This document shows, in pieces, positions 10,122 to 20,911 of a DNA stretch of 64,000 nucleotides. A model generated the notes under the pieces. It saw only the letters and a program-made list of their open reading frames with translations. It was not told the origin of the DNA and ran no database searches. The position numbers and the translations under genes are program-made. Position 1 is the first letter of the stretch, and each line of letters begins with the position of its first letter. The stretch covers positions 650-64,649 of the forward strand of contig JADIMI010000022.1 in the NCBI GenBank assembly GCA_017694845.1. Direction: 5' to 3'. The DNA is from Candidatus Cryptobacteroides intestinavium (lineage in GTDB: Bacteria; Bacteroidota; Bacteroidia; Bacteroidales; UBA932).

Positions 10122-13100
10122 TTAGAATGTAACCTGTGCTCCTACTGAAACCTGCCTCATAAGAGGGTAATTGATCTTGTTCCCGAGTTCCGGATCCATT
10201 CCCGGATAGGAAGTAATGGTAAGCAGGTTCTCTCCAGAGACATAGAATCTGAGCTGTTTCACAAAGAATTTCCTTGTGATCTTCTCCGGAAGAGTATAGC
10301 CGAGCTGGACATTCTTCAACTTCATATAATCACCTTTATATTCAAAGAAATCGCTCTGCTGACGGCTGCGGTCGGCTCCGGTATACAGACGCGGATAGGT
10401 AGCCCATATATTTGTCCTCGGATCGGAAGGATTTTCCGGATCATAGAAATAGTGGTCATCCGCTATTCTCTGACTTATGGCATATCCCCAGGTGCAGTTG
10501 GTCGCATTATAATAGTTGGAATTCCAGAATATATAGTAATCGAATGCACCTGTCCAGAGCATACTGAAATCTATCCCCTTCCAGGAGAAGCCGAGATTGA
10601 TACCTATATTGTATGCAGGAGTCGAGCTCTTGCCGTTGAAATCCATATCATAGGAATTTCCATAGTTCCCGTCTCCATTGGTATCGGAAAAGATGAAATC
10701 ACCGTACCACAGCTGGTCTTTGCTCACTGTCGTCACACCGTTGAAACTATAGCCGGACTCGATCATCGCACGTACCCACTCCATATCGGTCTCCGTACGT
10801 ATTATTCCGTCCACAGGACCTGCATTGACATCCACCTGGCCTCCAGTGTATCCGACACCGGTTCCTCTATATCTCTGATAGATATAATGTTCACCTATCT
10901 CGTGCCCCTCCATCAGCTTGCCGGGGGAAGACCAGTTCTCGGAGACATCGGACAGATTGGTATAATATTTACCCTCTTCATCATAACCTCTGGAGAGCTT
11001 TCCCTTGAAGGAAGTGACCATATTCTTGTTGAAAGAGAAGTTCACGCCTGCATAATAGTAGAAATCATCACCGATGGTATCCTTCCAGTTAAGCGCGATC
11101 TCGATACCCTGATTCCACATACTTCCGAGATTCGAAGGCACCTGAGAGAATTTTCCCATAGTCAGATACGTACTCGGAGTGAAGAGGATATCCGTCGTAT
11201 TCTTATAATAGTAGTCGACCTCCGCAGTGAGCCTGTCGTTAAAGAAGCCGGCATCTATACCGATATCGGTAGTGGTGGTGGTCTCCCACTGGAGGTTGAT
11301 ATTACTCATCGTCTGGATATAGAGCGAGGTCATATTGGAAGAGTCCAGCACGACATTGCCAGCGCTGTATGTAGCCTGCCAGGCAAAATTGCCGATACCC
11401 AGATTGTTTCCTGTCTGCCCCCACGATGCCCTGAGCTTCAGATGGGACAGCCACGTCTTTGTATCCGCCATAAACGGCTCCTCATCTATTTTCCAGCCTG
11501 CCGAGAATGAAGGGAAGAATCCGTATCTGTTATTGGTCCCGAAACGGGAAGATCCATCAGCCCTGAAATTGGCTTCGAAAAGATAACGGTCCTTGTATGC
11601 ATAGTTAAGCCTGGCAAAATATGAGCGGAGTCCCCAGCCCTGCATAGAGGTGTATGAGGCATCGTAGAGCGTGGAATAGGTTCCGCCTTCGTTAAGCATC
11701 CAGTCGGTCGCCCCCTGCTTGCGCACCTGATATCCCCAAGACCTGTACAGACTGGCAGAATAACCGAGAATGGCACCTACGGAATGATCTCCGAATGTTT
11801 CATCATATCTTACGAGAAGATCGGTGGTCATACGGTAATACCTTTCCAGACGGTCTGTCACCATAGCCCTTGAAAGCTCTGTCGTAGAGTATCTCGTATC
11901 CGTGATGTAATCCCAGAAACCGTTTTCACGGCTGTAGGTATGATTGATCTTGAACGTAGGAGAATAGTTGAACGTACCTTCAATGCTCAGGCCTTTGTAA
12001 GGACGTATCTTGGCATAGAGGGTTCCGTTGATCCTCCAGGTATGCTTCGTACCGTCACTGCCGGCCATCTGGGCGAAGATATTGTTCGCATTTGGGCTCT
12101 CCTCGTTGCTGGCTGGACGTCCCCACGCATTCTCGCTTCCGGGATACAGACCTGGAGTAGTCTGGTACAGATAGTTGAAACCGTTGCTGATACCGGCCGT
12201 ACCATCCGACTGGAACTGTCCGTAGATCTTGGTGCCTACAGTAAACCATTTCAGCACATCGGCCTCGATATTCGCCCTGAAATTAGCCCTCTTTGAAGAT
12301 GAATCGAGGTTGAACCGGTTCATGACTCCCTGATTGTCAAGATATCCGGCAGAAATAAGATAACGCACTGTCTTGCTGCCGCCGGAGATACTGAGGTTGT
12401 GTTCCTGAGAGTACCCGTTCTGGAAAATCTCATCGAACCAGTTGGTATTAGGATATGCGACATAATTAGGGACCCCGTACTCGTTGAGCCCGTACGGATC
12501 CGCCGCGGCAGCCTTCCAGGTATCGATAGCCGACTGTGAAAAACGAGGAGATGTCCCTGCATTCTCGCAGCCCTCATTGAAGAGCTCCATATAAGTCGCA
12601 TAGTCCTGCACCCAGTCCAGATCATTGTACGGCATCTGGAAGATCCCTTTATATGAATAGCTGACACGAGGTCTTTCTTCCGTACCCGACTTGGTGGTGA
12701 TCAGGATGACTCCGTTTGCCGCACGTGTACCGTATATGGCAGTCGAGGCAGCATCCTTCAGGATTGAAATCGATTCGATATCGTTTGGATTGACATCATC
12801 CATAGGCCATTCGATGCCATCGACAAGCACAAGAGGAGACGTGGCACCTCCGGTGAACGACCCCACACCCCTGATCCTGATATTTGTCGATTCCGCACCG
12901 GGCTGGCCGGAAGTCTGCATTACCGACATACCGGGAGCAAGTCCGGCAAGCGCGGAAGATGTATTGACAATAGGACGGCCCTCCGCCAGACTGCCGAAAT
13001 CTATGGATGACACCGAACCGGTTATATTTGCCTTGCGCTGGGTGCCATAGCCGACAATGACCACCTCATCAAGAAGTTCCGCATCCTCACGCATAGTGAT

Positions 13101-13694
13101 GTTGATGACATCACCGGTACCTATCGGCATAGTCTCGGTCTGGTAACCAAGGCAAGAGAATACAAGCGAAGAATTCTCCGCATCTCTCACTGTCAGGGAC
13201 CAGTTGCCGTCCACATCTGTCTGTGTACCGTTCAGAGTCCCTTCAACCATCACCGTCACACCGATCAGGGGCTCTCCTGAAACATCCGTGACGTGACCTG
13301 ACAGATTTCTCGGTCCATCTTCCTGCCGTCCTGGCACGGATGCCTCGCTCACCGTATCAGGAGCCGACAGAGCCACCACCTGATCAAGTATCTTCCAGGT
13401 TATTCCGGTCCCGCCGAGCACATATCCGAGAAGATTTTCGAGAGACTCATCAACAGCATCCACATTCACAGCTGACAGAGAGGTGTCCTCCATTGAAGTC
13501 CCATACGAGAAAGTCACCCCCGTCTGGTTTGTAAATTCATCAAGCACCTGCTTGAGAGGTGCAGCCGCAAAAGACATCTTAAGACTGAATCTCTGCTGCA
13601 AGATCGGTTCCGCTGACAATTCCGTCAGACAGGAAAACATAACCGGACAGAGCAGAAAGACAGCTTTCAGCAAAAAGTGTAGTCTACTTTTCAT
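10122..13694 (-). CDS. susC: SusC-like TonB-dependent transporter with N-terminal signalling extension
   Basis: N-terminal STN-like region, GEPLIGVTV, LDEVVIVGYG, NPNDIESISILKDAASTAIYGTRAANGVILITTK, RADGSSRF, terminal F. Confidence 0.95.
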   Translation of the reverse strand: MKSRLHFLLKAVFLLCPVMFSCLTELSAEPILQQRFSLKMSFAAAPLKQVLDEFTNQTGVTFSYGTSMEDTSLSAVNVDAVDESLENLLGYVLGGTGITWKILDQVVALSAPDTVSEASVPGRQEDGPRNLSGHVTDVSGEPLIGVTVMVEGTLNGTQTDVDGNWSLTVRDAENSSLVFSCLGYQTETMPIGTGDVINITMREDAELLDEVVIVGYGTQRKANITGSVSSIDFGSLAEGRPIVNTSSALAGLAPGMSVMQTSGQPGAESTNIRIRGVGSFTGGATSPLVLVDGIEWPMDDVNPNDIESISILKDAASTAIYGTRAANGVILITTKSGTEERPRVSYSYKGIFQMPYNDLDWVQDYATYMELFNEGCENAGTSPRFSQSAIDTWKAAAADPYGLNEYGVPNYVAYPNTNWFDEIFQNGYSQEHNLSISGGSKTVRYLISAGYLDNQGVMNRFNLDSSSKRANFRANIEADVLKWFTVGTKIYGQFQSDGTAGISNGFNYLYQTTPGLYPGSENAWGRPASNEESPNANNIFAQMAGSDGTKHTWRINGTLYAKIRPYKGLSIEGTFNYSPTFKINHTYSRENGFWDYITDTRYSTTELSRAMVTDRLERYYRMTTDLLVRYDETFGDHSVGAILGYSASLYRSWGYQVRKQGATDWMLNEGGTYSTLYDASYTSMQGWGLRSYFARLNYAYKDRYLFEANFRADGSSRFGTNNRYGFFPSFSAGWKIDEEPFMADTKTWLSHLKLRASWGQTGNNLGIGNFAWQATYSAGNVVLDSSNMTSLYIQTMSNINLQWETTTTTDIGIDAGFFNDRLTAEVDYYYKNTTDILFTPSTYLTMGKFSQVPSNLGSMWNQGIEIALNWKDTIGDDFYYYAGVNFSFNKNMVTSFKGKLSRGYDEEGKYYTNLSDVSENWSSPGKLMEGHEIGEHYIYQRYRGTGVGYTGGQVDVNAGPVDGIIRTETDMEWVRAMIESGYSFNGVTTVSKDQLWYGDFIFSDTNGDGNYGNSYDMDFNGKSSTPAYNIGINLGFSWKGIDFSMLWTGAFDYYIFWNSNYYNATNCTWGYAISQRIADDHYFYDPENPSDPRTNIWATYPRLYTGADRSRQQSDFFEYKGDYMKLKNVQLGYTLPEKITRKFFVKQLRFYVSGENLLTITSYPGMDPELGNKINYPLMRQVSVGAQVTF

Positions 13695-13755
13695 TTTGGT
13701 TATCAATTCTTAAATTAGTGTTTATCTAATTCTGTGGTTCTGCAGCCCCACAGGA

Positions 13756-14628
13756 CTATTCTACGCTGAATTTCATATCCTCACAGACAAACTCGAGCAT
13801 ATCAAGGATATCCCCGACACTGCTGCTTTTCTGGAAACTGAAATTATATGTGGCTCCATCGTCTTCCCCATCAATGATTATCTTCACCCCGTACACTTCC
13901 GAGATCTCGGACACGATCTCCTTTACAGTCGATGCTTTCAGGGAGACCGCCCCGTAATGCCTCATCAGCATGTCCCCGACATATATATCATTGATTTCCA
14001 AAGACTGCTCCTCGATATCGAATACTGCCTGCTGCCCCGGACGCAGACGGACAAGGTTGACTCCGTCAAGATTCTGCATCGCCACGGAACCATAGGCAAG
14101 GGAGACATCCGGATTACGGTCACCCGGAAAATTCCTGACATTGAACACTGTCCCGAGCACCTTTATCCGGAAACTCTCGGTAGTCACTATAAACGGACAT
14201 CCGGGATTATGATACACATCGAAATATGCCTCACCGCTCAGCGAGACATTCCTTTCATCCTTATTGAACGACCGGTCGAAAGACAGTTCCGTACCCGGAT
14301 TAAGCCATACCTGTGTTCCGTCAGGAAGCCCTACCAGAGCGGCCGTTTCTCCGTTGTTTGCATAATATTGTGTACCATCCTGCCAGGTCAGGGCAAGGGT
14401 GATGCCGACTGACACGAGGACAACGGCGACCGCTGCGGCCGCCGGATACAGCCATCTCCTGAACCTGGCCTTCCTGGCTCCCGACATCACAGAATCTATC
14501 CTGCTGTCAAGCGCAGCAAGAGATGCCTCCATTTCATCATCAGAGGAAGCGGAAAGATAGAACCGCAATGTATGATCCAGAATATCCAGGTCATTATGCC
14601 TGTCAGTATTGTCGGAAATGTTTTTCAT
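13756..14628 (-). CDS. FecR family anti-sigma factor
   Basis: One TM helix, then LPDGTQVWLN, LSGEAYFDV, VLGTVFNV, L.PGQQA; directly upstream of the SusC transducer. Confidence 0.92.
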   Translation of the reverse strand: MKNISDNTDRHNDLDILDHTLRFYLSASSDDEMEASLAALDSRIDSVMSGARKARFRRWLYPAAAAVAVVLVSVGITLALTWQDGTQYYANNGETAALVGLPDGTQVWLNPGTELSFDRSFNKDERNVSLSGEAYFDVYHNPGCPFIVTTESFRIKVLGTVFNVRNFPGDRNPDVSLAYGSVAMQNLDGVNLVRLRPGQQAVFDIEEQSLEINDIYVGDMLMRHYGAVSLKASTVKEIVSEISEVYGVKIIIDGEDDGATYNFSFQKSSSVGDILDMLEFVCEDMKFSVE

Positions 14629-14647
14629 CTTCGGTCGCGTTACAGAC

Positions 14648-14691
14648 TATATACGCATACCCCCCGAAAAACACCTAAGAGAAATTCGACT
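14648..14691 (-). promoter_or_regulatory. Putative ECF-sigma promoter (TAGGTG-N14-TGCGTATATA) upstream of fecR
   Basis: The same bipartite motif with the same 14-nt spacing recurs at ~47719-47748 and ~28265-28295. Confidence 0.55.
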
Positions 14692-14741
14692 TTTTTTGAT
14701 TTTTTTGCAAAAACCGGCCAGGACCGGCTCCTGACCGCGCC

Positions 14742-17700
14742 TTAAAGGTCTTTCTTACGAATGGCAAAGACAGGAAGATACAGCACAAAAGCAATAACGG
14801 AAAAGACAAGACCGCCTATCGTCCCCGCCGCGAAATCAAACCAGAAGACCTCATCTGGCCCATCGAAGAGAAAAGGGATGAGACCGAGGACCGTGGAAAC
14901 GATTGTCAGCATAACGGGCACGACCTTTACATTGAACGCCTTTACATACCGCCGCACTGCAGTCCGGTCAGACCTGACTGACTGCAGATATTCATATATG
15001 AGATATATCCCGGCATTGATGGACACACCGGCAAGCATCACGAAAGCGGCAAACCCTCCCTGGTCGAACGTGATGTCCGACAGCCCGAACGTCAGGAAAA
15101 GCCCGATGAACGACACCGGAACCATCAGTATCACGGCAAACGGAAGCCTGAGAGACTCGAAGAAAATCGAGCAGATTACGAAAACCAGCAGGATGACAAG
15201 TCCTATCAGACCTGCATAAGTGTCCCTGTGGGCATTGAACCAGCCATACCCGGGAGCTGTAGCCTTGTACCCGAGAGGAAGCACTTCATCATTCATATAT
15301 TCGAGGACATCATCCGCAAAGCGTCTGCCCAGTTCGTAGCTTCCGATAAAGTCATACACCACATTGACCTCATATGACTGGTTGTTCCTGGATATAGTGA
15401 GACCGGACCTGCGGGTCGTGATGTCGCCTATCTGGGAAAGCTTCACTGATGTGGAATCAGCCTGTATCGCAGTATTGAGTATATGCCACAGATCGAATTC
15501 ATCCTTTTCCGAAGAGACCAGCCGGACGCCCACATACTCTCCGTCCTGCAGAATATCCCCGATCCTGCTGTCATACAGAGGAGAATAAAGAACGGAATAA
15601 TAGGAATAAGGGTTCACCCCCAATGCCGCAAGAGCCGGGAAATCATAGTCTATATGGTATTCAGTCGATGGCCTCGAATCATAGCCGGCGCCCCATATCT
15701 CCGGAGCGCTCACCCTGCGGTTACCCCGTATATGCTCCAGCAGGATATCGGCATAGTCAAGCAGATCGTTATAGTTATACCCCTTGAGAGTTATCCTGCC
15801 TGATTTATAGTCTGACACTACATTGTTGTTGAAATAGCTGTCCGTTATGCCATAGACACTCCAGTTTGCACCGCCCAGATTGATGGCCATCGATGTGACA
15901 TCGGCCTTGAGTCTCGCCGGGAATCCGGTATTCTCATATTCCGGCTTGAAATAGACCGAGATGGAAGCATCATCATAAGAATATATCTGGGTCGTAAAAT
16001 ATTCTATCCCTTCACTGAACCGGGAGATATAGTTCTCCATGTCCCTGATCACTTCGTCAAGCTGGGAGACGGAGCACCCCTCCGGCATTCCCGCCCTGAT
16101 TGACAGCACCTGACGGGATGGTTCACGGTAGAAATCGGACCTGTCCATCGCCTCATAGAACATAGCGAACGAGGTTCCGAGGACCTTGTCGATGACAGTC
16201 CTGTTGTCAGCGTAGAAGCCGTCCCCGATAACCTTGTTGTACACCTTTTCATACCATTTCCAGTCTTCCTCCCTGTCACCGCCCGTCTTTTCAGGCAGAA
16301 GCACTGTCGGAATCCCGAAAGCCAGAACAAGGACGATGATATATGCCCACCTGTGCCGGATACCTCTGCGTATATAGTTCCCGTATCGTCTGTTCCACTT
16401 CACTATACGCCTGAGCTTCCTGACAGGGAGCTTTCCGGTATGGATATCCAGATGGACATAGTCCAATATGGCCGGGACAAACAGATACGCGACAAGAAGC
16501 GAGACAGAAAGATTGATTGCTATGACAAACGCGAAATCAGTCAGGCTGGCCCTTTCCTTGTCAGGCAGCAGCAGAATGACCATCAATGCCGCCACCGTAG
16601 TAAGTATCGCGCACAGCAGCGCAGTGAACGCCCCGCGGTTGCGGTAACGGGAATAATGGTCCGTCATTATGATGGATGAATCTATTATGATCCCCAGAGA
16701 CACGGTTATCCCCGCAAGCGTATAAATATGTATCCGGAGTCCAACAAGATAATAGACTGCCGCAGCGACAAGTATATTCACTGCAATAGTTATCGCAATG
16801 ACGAGCATATACTTCCACGACCTGTTGACTGCGAATACGAATCCAAGCAGAAGCAGCAGGCAGAGCAGAGTCCTGAAATATATCTTCTCCAGTTCCTTTG
16901 AAATATATTCCGAAGAGTCGTAGCTCAGAGAAGAACTTATCCCGTCTGGATATGACTCCTCCAGCTGCGACATACATTCCTTGACATCCCCGGTCACGGA
17001 CAGCAGGTTGGACTGCGGGGAAATACCTATTGAAAGATTTACCGTATTGAGACCATTCAGCCGGAAATAGTAGTCCGGCTCCGACTCCTTATAAGAGCAC
17101 CTGGCGATATCCCTCAGATACACCATCCTCCCGGAAGCCATACAGACAGGAATATCCCCGAAATCATCCGTGCGCAATGTCTTGAGCCTGACAGAACAGG
17201 TCCTGCCATCATATTGCGTCATACCGGCGATGTTTTCCGCAAATGCGGCACGGAACGCCGAAGATATATCATCCGCACTGATTCCGCAAAGCCTCACCCT
17301 GTCCGGGTCGAACTCAATCACCCATTCATATGGAGCGACTCCTGACAGGTTCACCCATTCCACTCCTTCGACTGCAGACAACGGGGTGATCATCTTCTCT
17401 TCGATAAAATCCGATATCTGCTTTGTCGACAGAGAACTTCTGATATCGTATGACAACGCAGTCCTGGACTTTCCTCCATACATATTCAGGGACAGTTCGG
17501 GATATGAGACTCCATCCGGAAGAGATGGATACAGGTTACGGATCACTGAAGCCATCTCGAACCTCACTGCAGACATATCGGCTCCCTTCGTGAATCCCAG
17601 GGAGACCCGCCCGCCTCCTTCCCAGGAACGCGATGACACCGAACGTCTCGCAGTGACATTCGACAGGGCGCCTTCAATCACGGATGTCACTTCCGCCTCC

Positions 17701-17873
17701 ACGACATACGCCGATGCACCGGGATAGCTGAAGGACACAGTCACATTGCGTTCCGGAACCGAAGGTGAATACTGCACCTTGAGAGAAGAGACCGCGGCGA
17801 ACCCGACAACGGCGGCCACCGCCATCAGCAGCAGAACGGAAAACGATGATATGCCCTTGCCGTTTCCCATCAT
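14742..17873 (-). CDS. RND efflux transporter permease subunit (AcrB/CusA superfamily)
   Basis: 1043 aa with two TM bundles; VTSVIEGALS, GITVSLGIIIDSSI, PVMLTIVSTVLGLIPF. Confidence 0.9.
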   Translation of the reverse strand: MMGNGKGISSFSVLLLMAVAAVVGFAAVSSLKVQYSPSVPERNVTVSFSYPGASAYVVEAEVTSVIEGALSNVTARRSVSSRSWEGGGRVSLGFTKGADMSAVRFEMASVIRNLYPSLPDGVSYPELSLNMYGGKSRTALSYDIRSSLSTKQISDFIEEKMITPLSAVEGVEWVNLSGVAPYEWVIEFDPDRVRLCGISADDISSAFRAAFAENIAGMTQYDGRTCSVRLKTLRTDDFGDIPVCMASGRMVYLRDIARCSYKESEPDYYFRLNGLNTVNLSIGISPQSNLLSVTGDVKECMSQLEESYPDGISSSLSYDSSEYISKELEKIYFRTLLCLLLLLGFVFAVNRSWKYMLVIAITIAVNILVAAAVYYLVGLRIHIYTLAGITVSLGIIIDSSIIMTDHYSRYRNRGAFTALLCAILTTVAALMVILLLPDKERASLTDFAFVIAINLSVSLLVAYLFVPAILDYVHLDIHTGKLPVRKLRRIVKWNRRYGNYIRRGIRHRWAYIIVLVLAFGIPTVLLPEKTGGDREEDWKWYEKVYNKVIGDGFYADNRTVIDKVLGTSFAMFYEAMDRSDFYREPSRQVLSIRAGMPEGCSVSQLDEVIRDMENYISRFSEGIEYFTTQIYSYDDASISVYFKPEYENTGFPARLKADVTSMAINLGGANWSVYGITDSYFNNNVVSDYKSGRITLKGYNYNDLLDYADILLEHIRGNRRVSAPEIWGAGYDSRPSTEYHIDYDFPALAALGVNPYSYYSVLYSPLYDSRIGDILQDGEYVGVRLVSSEKDEFDLWHILNTAIQADSTSVKLSQIGDITTRRSGLTISRNNQSYEVNVVYDFIGSYELGRRFADDVLEYMNDEVLPLGYKATAPGYGWFNAHRDTYAGLIGLVILLVFVICSIFFESLRLPFAVILMVPVSFIGLFLTFGLSDITFDQGGFAAFVMLAGVSINAGIYLIYEYLQSVRSDRTAVRRYVKAFNVKVVPVMLTIVSTVLGLIPFLFDGPDEVFWFDFAAGTIGGLVFSVIAFVLYLPVFAIRKKDL

Positions 17874-20800
17874 TTTCCCCTGCGGTCATATATAAGTGAA
17901 TAGAGTATCGGTATAAGATAGAGGCTGATGAGGGTCCCGACCGTCATTCCGACAATGATCACGACAGACATCGGATACTGCAGGTCATCCCCCATATTGC
18001 CTCTCGACAGGAACGGAACCACAGAGAGGATAGTGGTCAGTGAAGTCATCAGTATGGCCTTGACCCTCCTGTGGCCGGCTTCGACAATCGCCTTGTCGAC
18101 ACTCAGTCCTTCACTGCGCAATCTGTTGATGGTATCTATCTTGAGAATGGAGTCATTTATGACTATTCCGCATATCACCACCAGACCGATAAGGGACATC
18201 AGGTTGACAGACACCCCGACAAGCCACATCACCGCCAGGGAGGCCGCGATATCCACAAGAAGTTCAGACAGGATGACCAGAGGCTGCACAAGCGACTCGA
18301 ACTGTGAAGCCAGGATAAGGAACAGAAGAAGTACAGCTACAGCAAGGATGAGCATCATCTCTTCCGTCATCATGATATCCGAGAAATACGACCCTTCGAA
18401 CGACACCTCGAAATCTCCGTTATCCGCCACCGCCCTGTCAATGGCGGACATAGTCCTCCTTACATCCCTGGCCGGGATATCAAGTTCGACAGGATAATAG
18501 TCTCCCTCTTCTCCGGAGACAAGCAGCTTGAGATCCTGTCCGTACGTCTGGAAGACAAGATCCGAGACCCGTACTTCAATGCCGTCTTCACCGGGGACAG
18601 TCAGGTCCATTATGCATGCCATATCCGGCACCCCGGACCCGAGCACCACCGGTACAGAAACATTGCCATTGAGTATATTGAACACCTTGTCTCCGTCAAG
18701 AGCTACAGTTAGAGTATTCAGCAGGGCGGAATACTGGACACCGTACAGCACCATCTTCTCCGGATCAGCGACATAAAGCACATCCGTCTTTACCGGGACG
18801 TCATCGATCCTGCATTCCGGCAAGACCCGGCGGATATCAGACAGGACCTTGTCCAGTTTTTCAAGATCGAACCCCGGTGAAGTCACAGGCCTGAGCCTGG
18901 CCACAAGCGACGGCTCCTTTTCCGCGAACACGACATCAAAGATATTTCCAGATGCCTCGAATGACATAAGGGCATCCGGATAACGCGACCGGAACCAGTC
19001 CTCTATCATCTGTTTTGTCCCTGAAAGCCCGGCTGCATCCTCGCATCTGAAATACATCGATGACTCGGAAAGAGACTGGTCATCCGTATGCGAAAGCACA
19101 AACTGCTGTGTCCCGACAAAAGAAGTGATCTGTCCGGTCCCGGCATCCACTGCGGATTCCAGTTCCTTCATCCTGGACATATTCTCCGCGTATGTGATAT
19201 TCTCGTTCCAGTCCACCTTGAGAAGCGCATCGGTATATGTCATCGGCGGCAGCTTCTCCTTTGGGATCCATATCATACACACTACGGCCACCACAACAGA
19301 GGTCACCAGTATCACGACTGCTGTCCATCTGTTCCTGAGTCCCCAGGACACCGCACTCTCATAGAATCTCATCGCTGCAGGAAACGCTATGCGGCCGAGC
19401 AGCCGGCTGGGCCTGAATGAAGAAAATCCCCTATACCACAGATAATAGTATACAGGAATCACTGTTATGGTCACCGCATACGCAGTAAGGAGAACAACTG
19501 TCACAGCCATTGCCTGGTCATAGAACAATGCTCCGGCGATTCCGCTCATAAAGACAAGAGGAATGAATACCGCACAGGTCGTCAGGACAGAACTGAGCAT
19601 CGGTGCCATCACTTCCTTCGTTCCCTCGAGAACCGCCGTCCTCAGGTCATCCCCTCGGTTCCACCGGGCGGTAATGTTGTCTATCAGCACAATAGAGTTG
19701 TCCACCATCATCCCCACTCCGAGTATGAGACCCGAGAGCGAAATGATATTTATCGTCAGGCCGATCAGGCCGAAGACAAGCATAGAAAATACAAGAGCGG
19801 CCGGTATGGTAAGGGCGACCAGGGTCAGAGACCTGAAATCCTTCATAAAAAGGAATATGATCACACAGGTCAGCAGAACAGCCACTATGATATTCTGGAA
19901 CAGATTGTTGATAGAGTATTCCAGAAGTTGTGTCTGATCCCTTGTCAGAATGAAGTCGATCTGCGGATAATCCCTCTCGAAATACGACATCTGGCCCTCG
20001 ATCGCCGACTTAAGGTCAGCCATCTTTGCCTCGCTCTGCTTTATCACCGCCATCACCACAGCCTTCCTGCCGTCAGAAAGCGCACCTCCTGTCTCCGGTG
20101 CGGAGCGTTCATACACCCGGGCCACATCCCGTATCTGCAATATCCTTCCACCTGTCTTGAAATAGACATTTGCTATATCTTCAGCCGATGATGCAAAAGA
20201 ACGGAAGCGTACGTTATAATGATATTCCCCATCCCTGATCGTCAGGTTGCCGAGACTCACATTGGCCGCCTCCACGAGGGACAGAAAAGACTGGATTGTA
20301 AGCCCGAGCCTTTTCAGGGACTCCTCATCAGGCACTACAAGTATCTCAGGCGTCACACAGCCTGTCATATCGACCATAGCCACCTCGGGAAGCTGCTCGA
20401 TCCGTTTCGCCACCACCTCCCTGGCGAAGCGGCTCATCTCCTGGAAGCTGTCCCTGGCATCAGGGGCAAGAGTCATATTCAGATAAAATGCCGGGATATC
20501 TGTCGCACTTGCCTTCATCACCCGCGGCCGCTCTATCTCAGGCAGGGAAGACATCGCCCTGTCTATCTTCTCGTTCACTTCGATATAGGCATAGTCGATA
20601 TTTACCCCGTGGGTGAAAGCCAGCCTGATCACGGCATTGCCATCCTTCGACTCCGTACGGATATCCTCAAGCGACGATGTCTGGATCAGCCTCTGTCTCA
20701 ACGGCTTGACTACAGACTCATCCAGCTCCCTGGCAGACATGTCTCCGGCAGATATCTGTACCGTTACATACGGAATATCTACATCGGGGATAAGGGATAT

Positions 20801-20911
20801 CGGAAGCCGGGACATCGCCACGAATCCGAGCGTCACTATGGAAAGAAGAATCATAGTGACAGTCACCGGGCGGTCTATAATGTATTTCAGCATATCATTC
20901 AGCCTTGACAA
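17870..20911 (-). CDS. Second RND efflux transporter permease subunit
   Basis: 1013 aa; IIDRPVTV, GVGMMVDNSIV, PMLSSVLTTCAVFIP, GIVINDSIL, ILMTSLTTIL. True start may be MLKYI at 20893. Confidence 0.9.
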   Translation of the reverse strand: MSRLNDMLKYIIDRPVTVTMILLSIVTLGFVAMSRLPISLIPDVDIPYVTVQISAGDMSARELDESVVKPLRQRLIQTSSLEDIRTESKDGNAVIRLAFTHGVNIDYAYIEVNEKIDRAMSSLPEIERPRVMKASATDIPAFYLNMTLAPDARDSFQEMSRFAREVVAKRIEQLPEVAMVDMTGCVTPEILVVPDEESLKRLGLTIQSFLSLVEAANVSLGNLTIRDGEYHYNVRFRSFASSAEDIANVYFKTGGRILQIRDVARVYERSAPETGGALSDGRKAVVMAVIKQSEAKMADLKSAIEGQMSYFERDYPQIDFILTRDQTQLLEYSINNLFQNIIVAVLLTCVIIFLFMKDFRSLTLVALTIPAALVFSMLVFGLIGLTINIISLSGLILGVGMMVDNSIVLIDNITARWNRGDDLRTAVLEGTKEVMAPMLSSVLTTCAVFIPLVFMSGIAGALFYDQAMAVTVVLLTAYAVTITVIPVYYYLWYRGFSSFRPSRLLGRIAFPAAMRFYESAVSWGLRNRWTAVVILVTSVVVAVVCMIWIPKEKLPPMTYTDALLKVDWNENITYAENMSRMKELESAVDAGTGQITSFVGTQQFVLSHTDDQSLSESSMYFRCEDAAGLSGTKQMIEDWFRSRYPDALMSFEASGNIFDVVFAEKEPSLVARLRPVTSPGFDLEKLDKVLSDIRRVLPECRIDDVPVKTDVLYVADPEKMVLYGVQYSALLNTLTVALDGDKVFNILNGNVSVPVVLGSGVPDMACIMDLTVPGEDGIEVRVSDLVFQTYGQDLKLLVSGEEGDYYPVELDIPARDVRRTMSAIDRAVADNGDFEVSFEGSYFSDIMMTEEMMLILAVAVLLLFLILASQFESLVQPLVILSELLVDIAASLAVMWLVGVSVNLMSLIGLVVICGIVINDSILKIDTINRLRSEGLSVDKAIVEAGHRRVKAILMTSLTTILSVVPFLSRGNMGDDLQYPMSVVIIVGMTVGTLISLYLIPILYSLIYDRRGK

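Noticed and set aside
7944-10148. 734-aa plus-strand ORF
   Set aside because: It is the antisense shadow of a clear susD gene and has no recognisable motifs. The same applies to 10452-11510, 2559-3353 and 55441-56496 opposite other genes.
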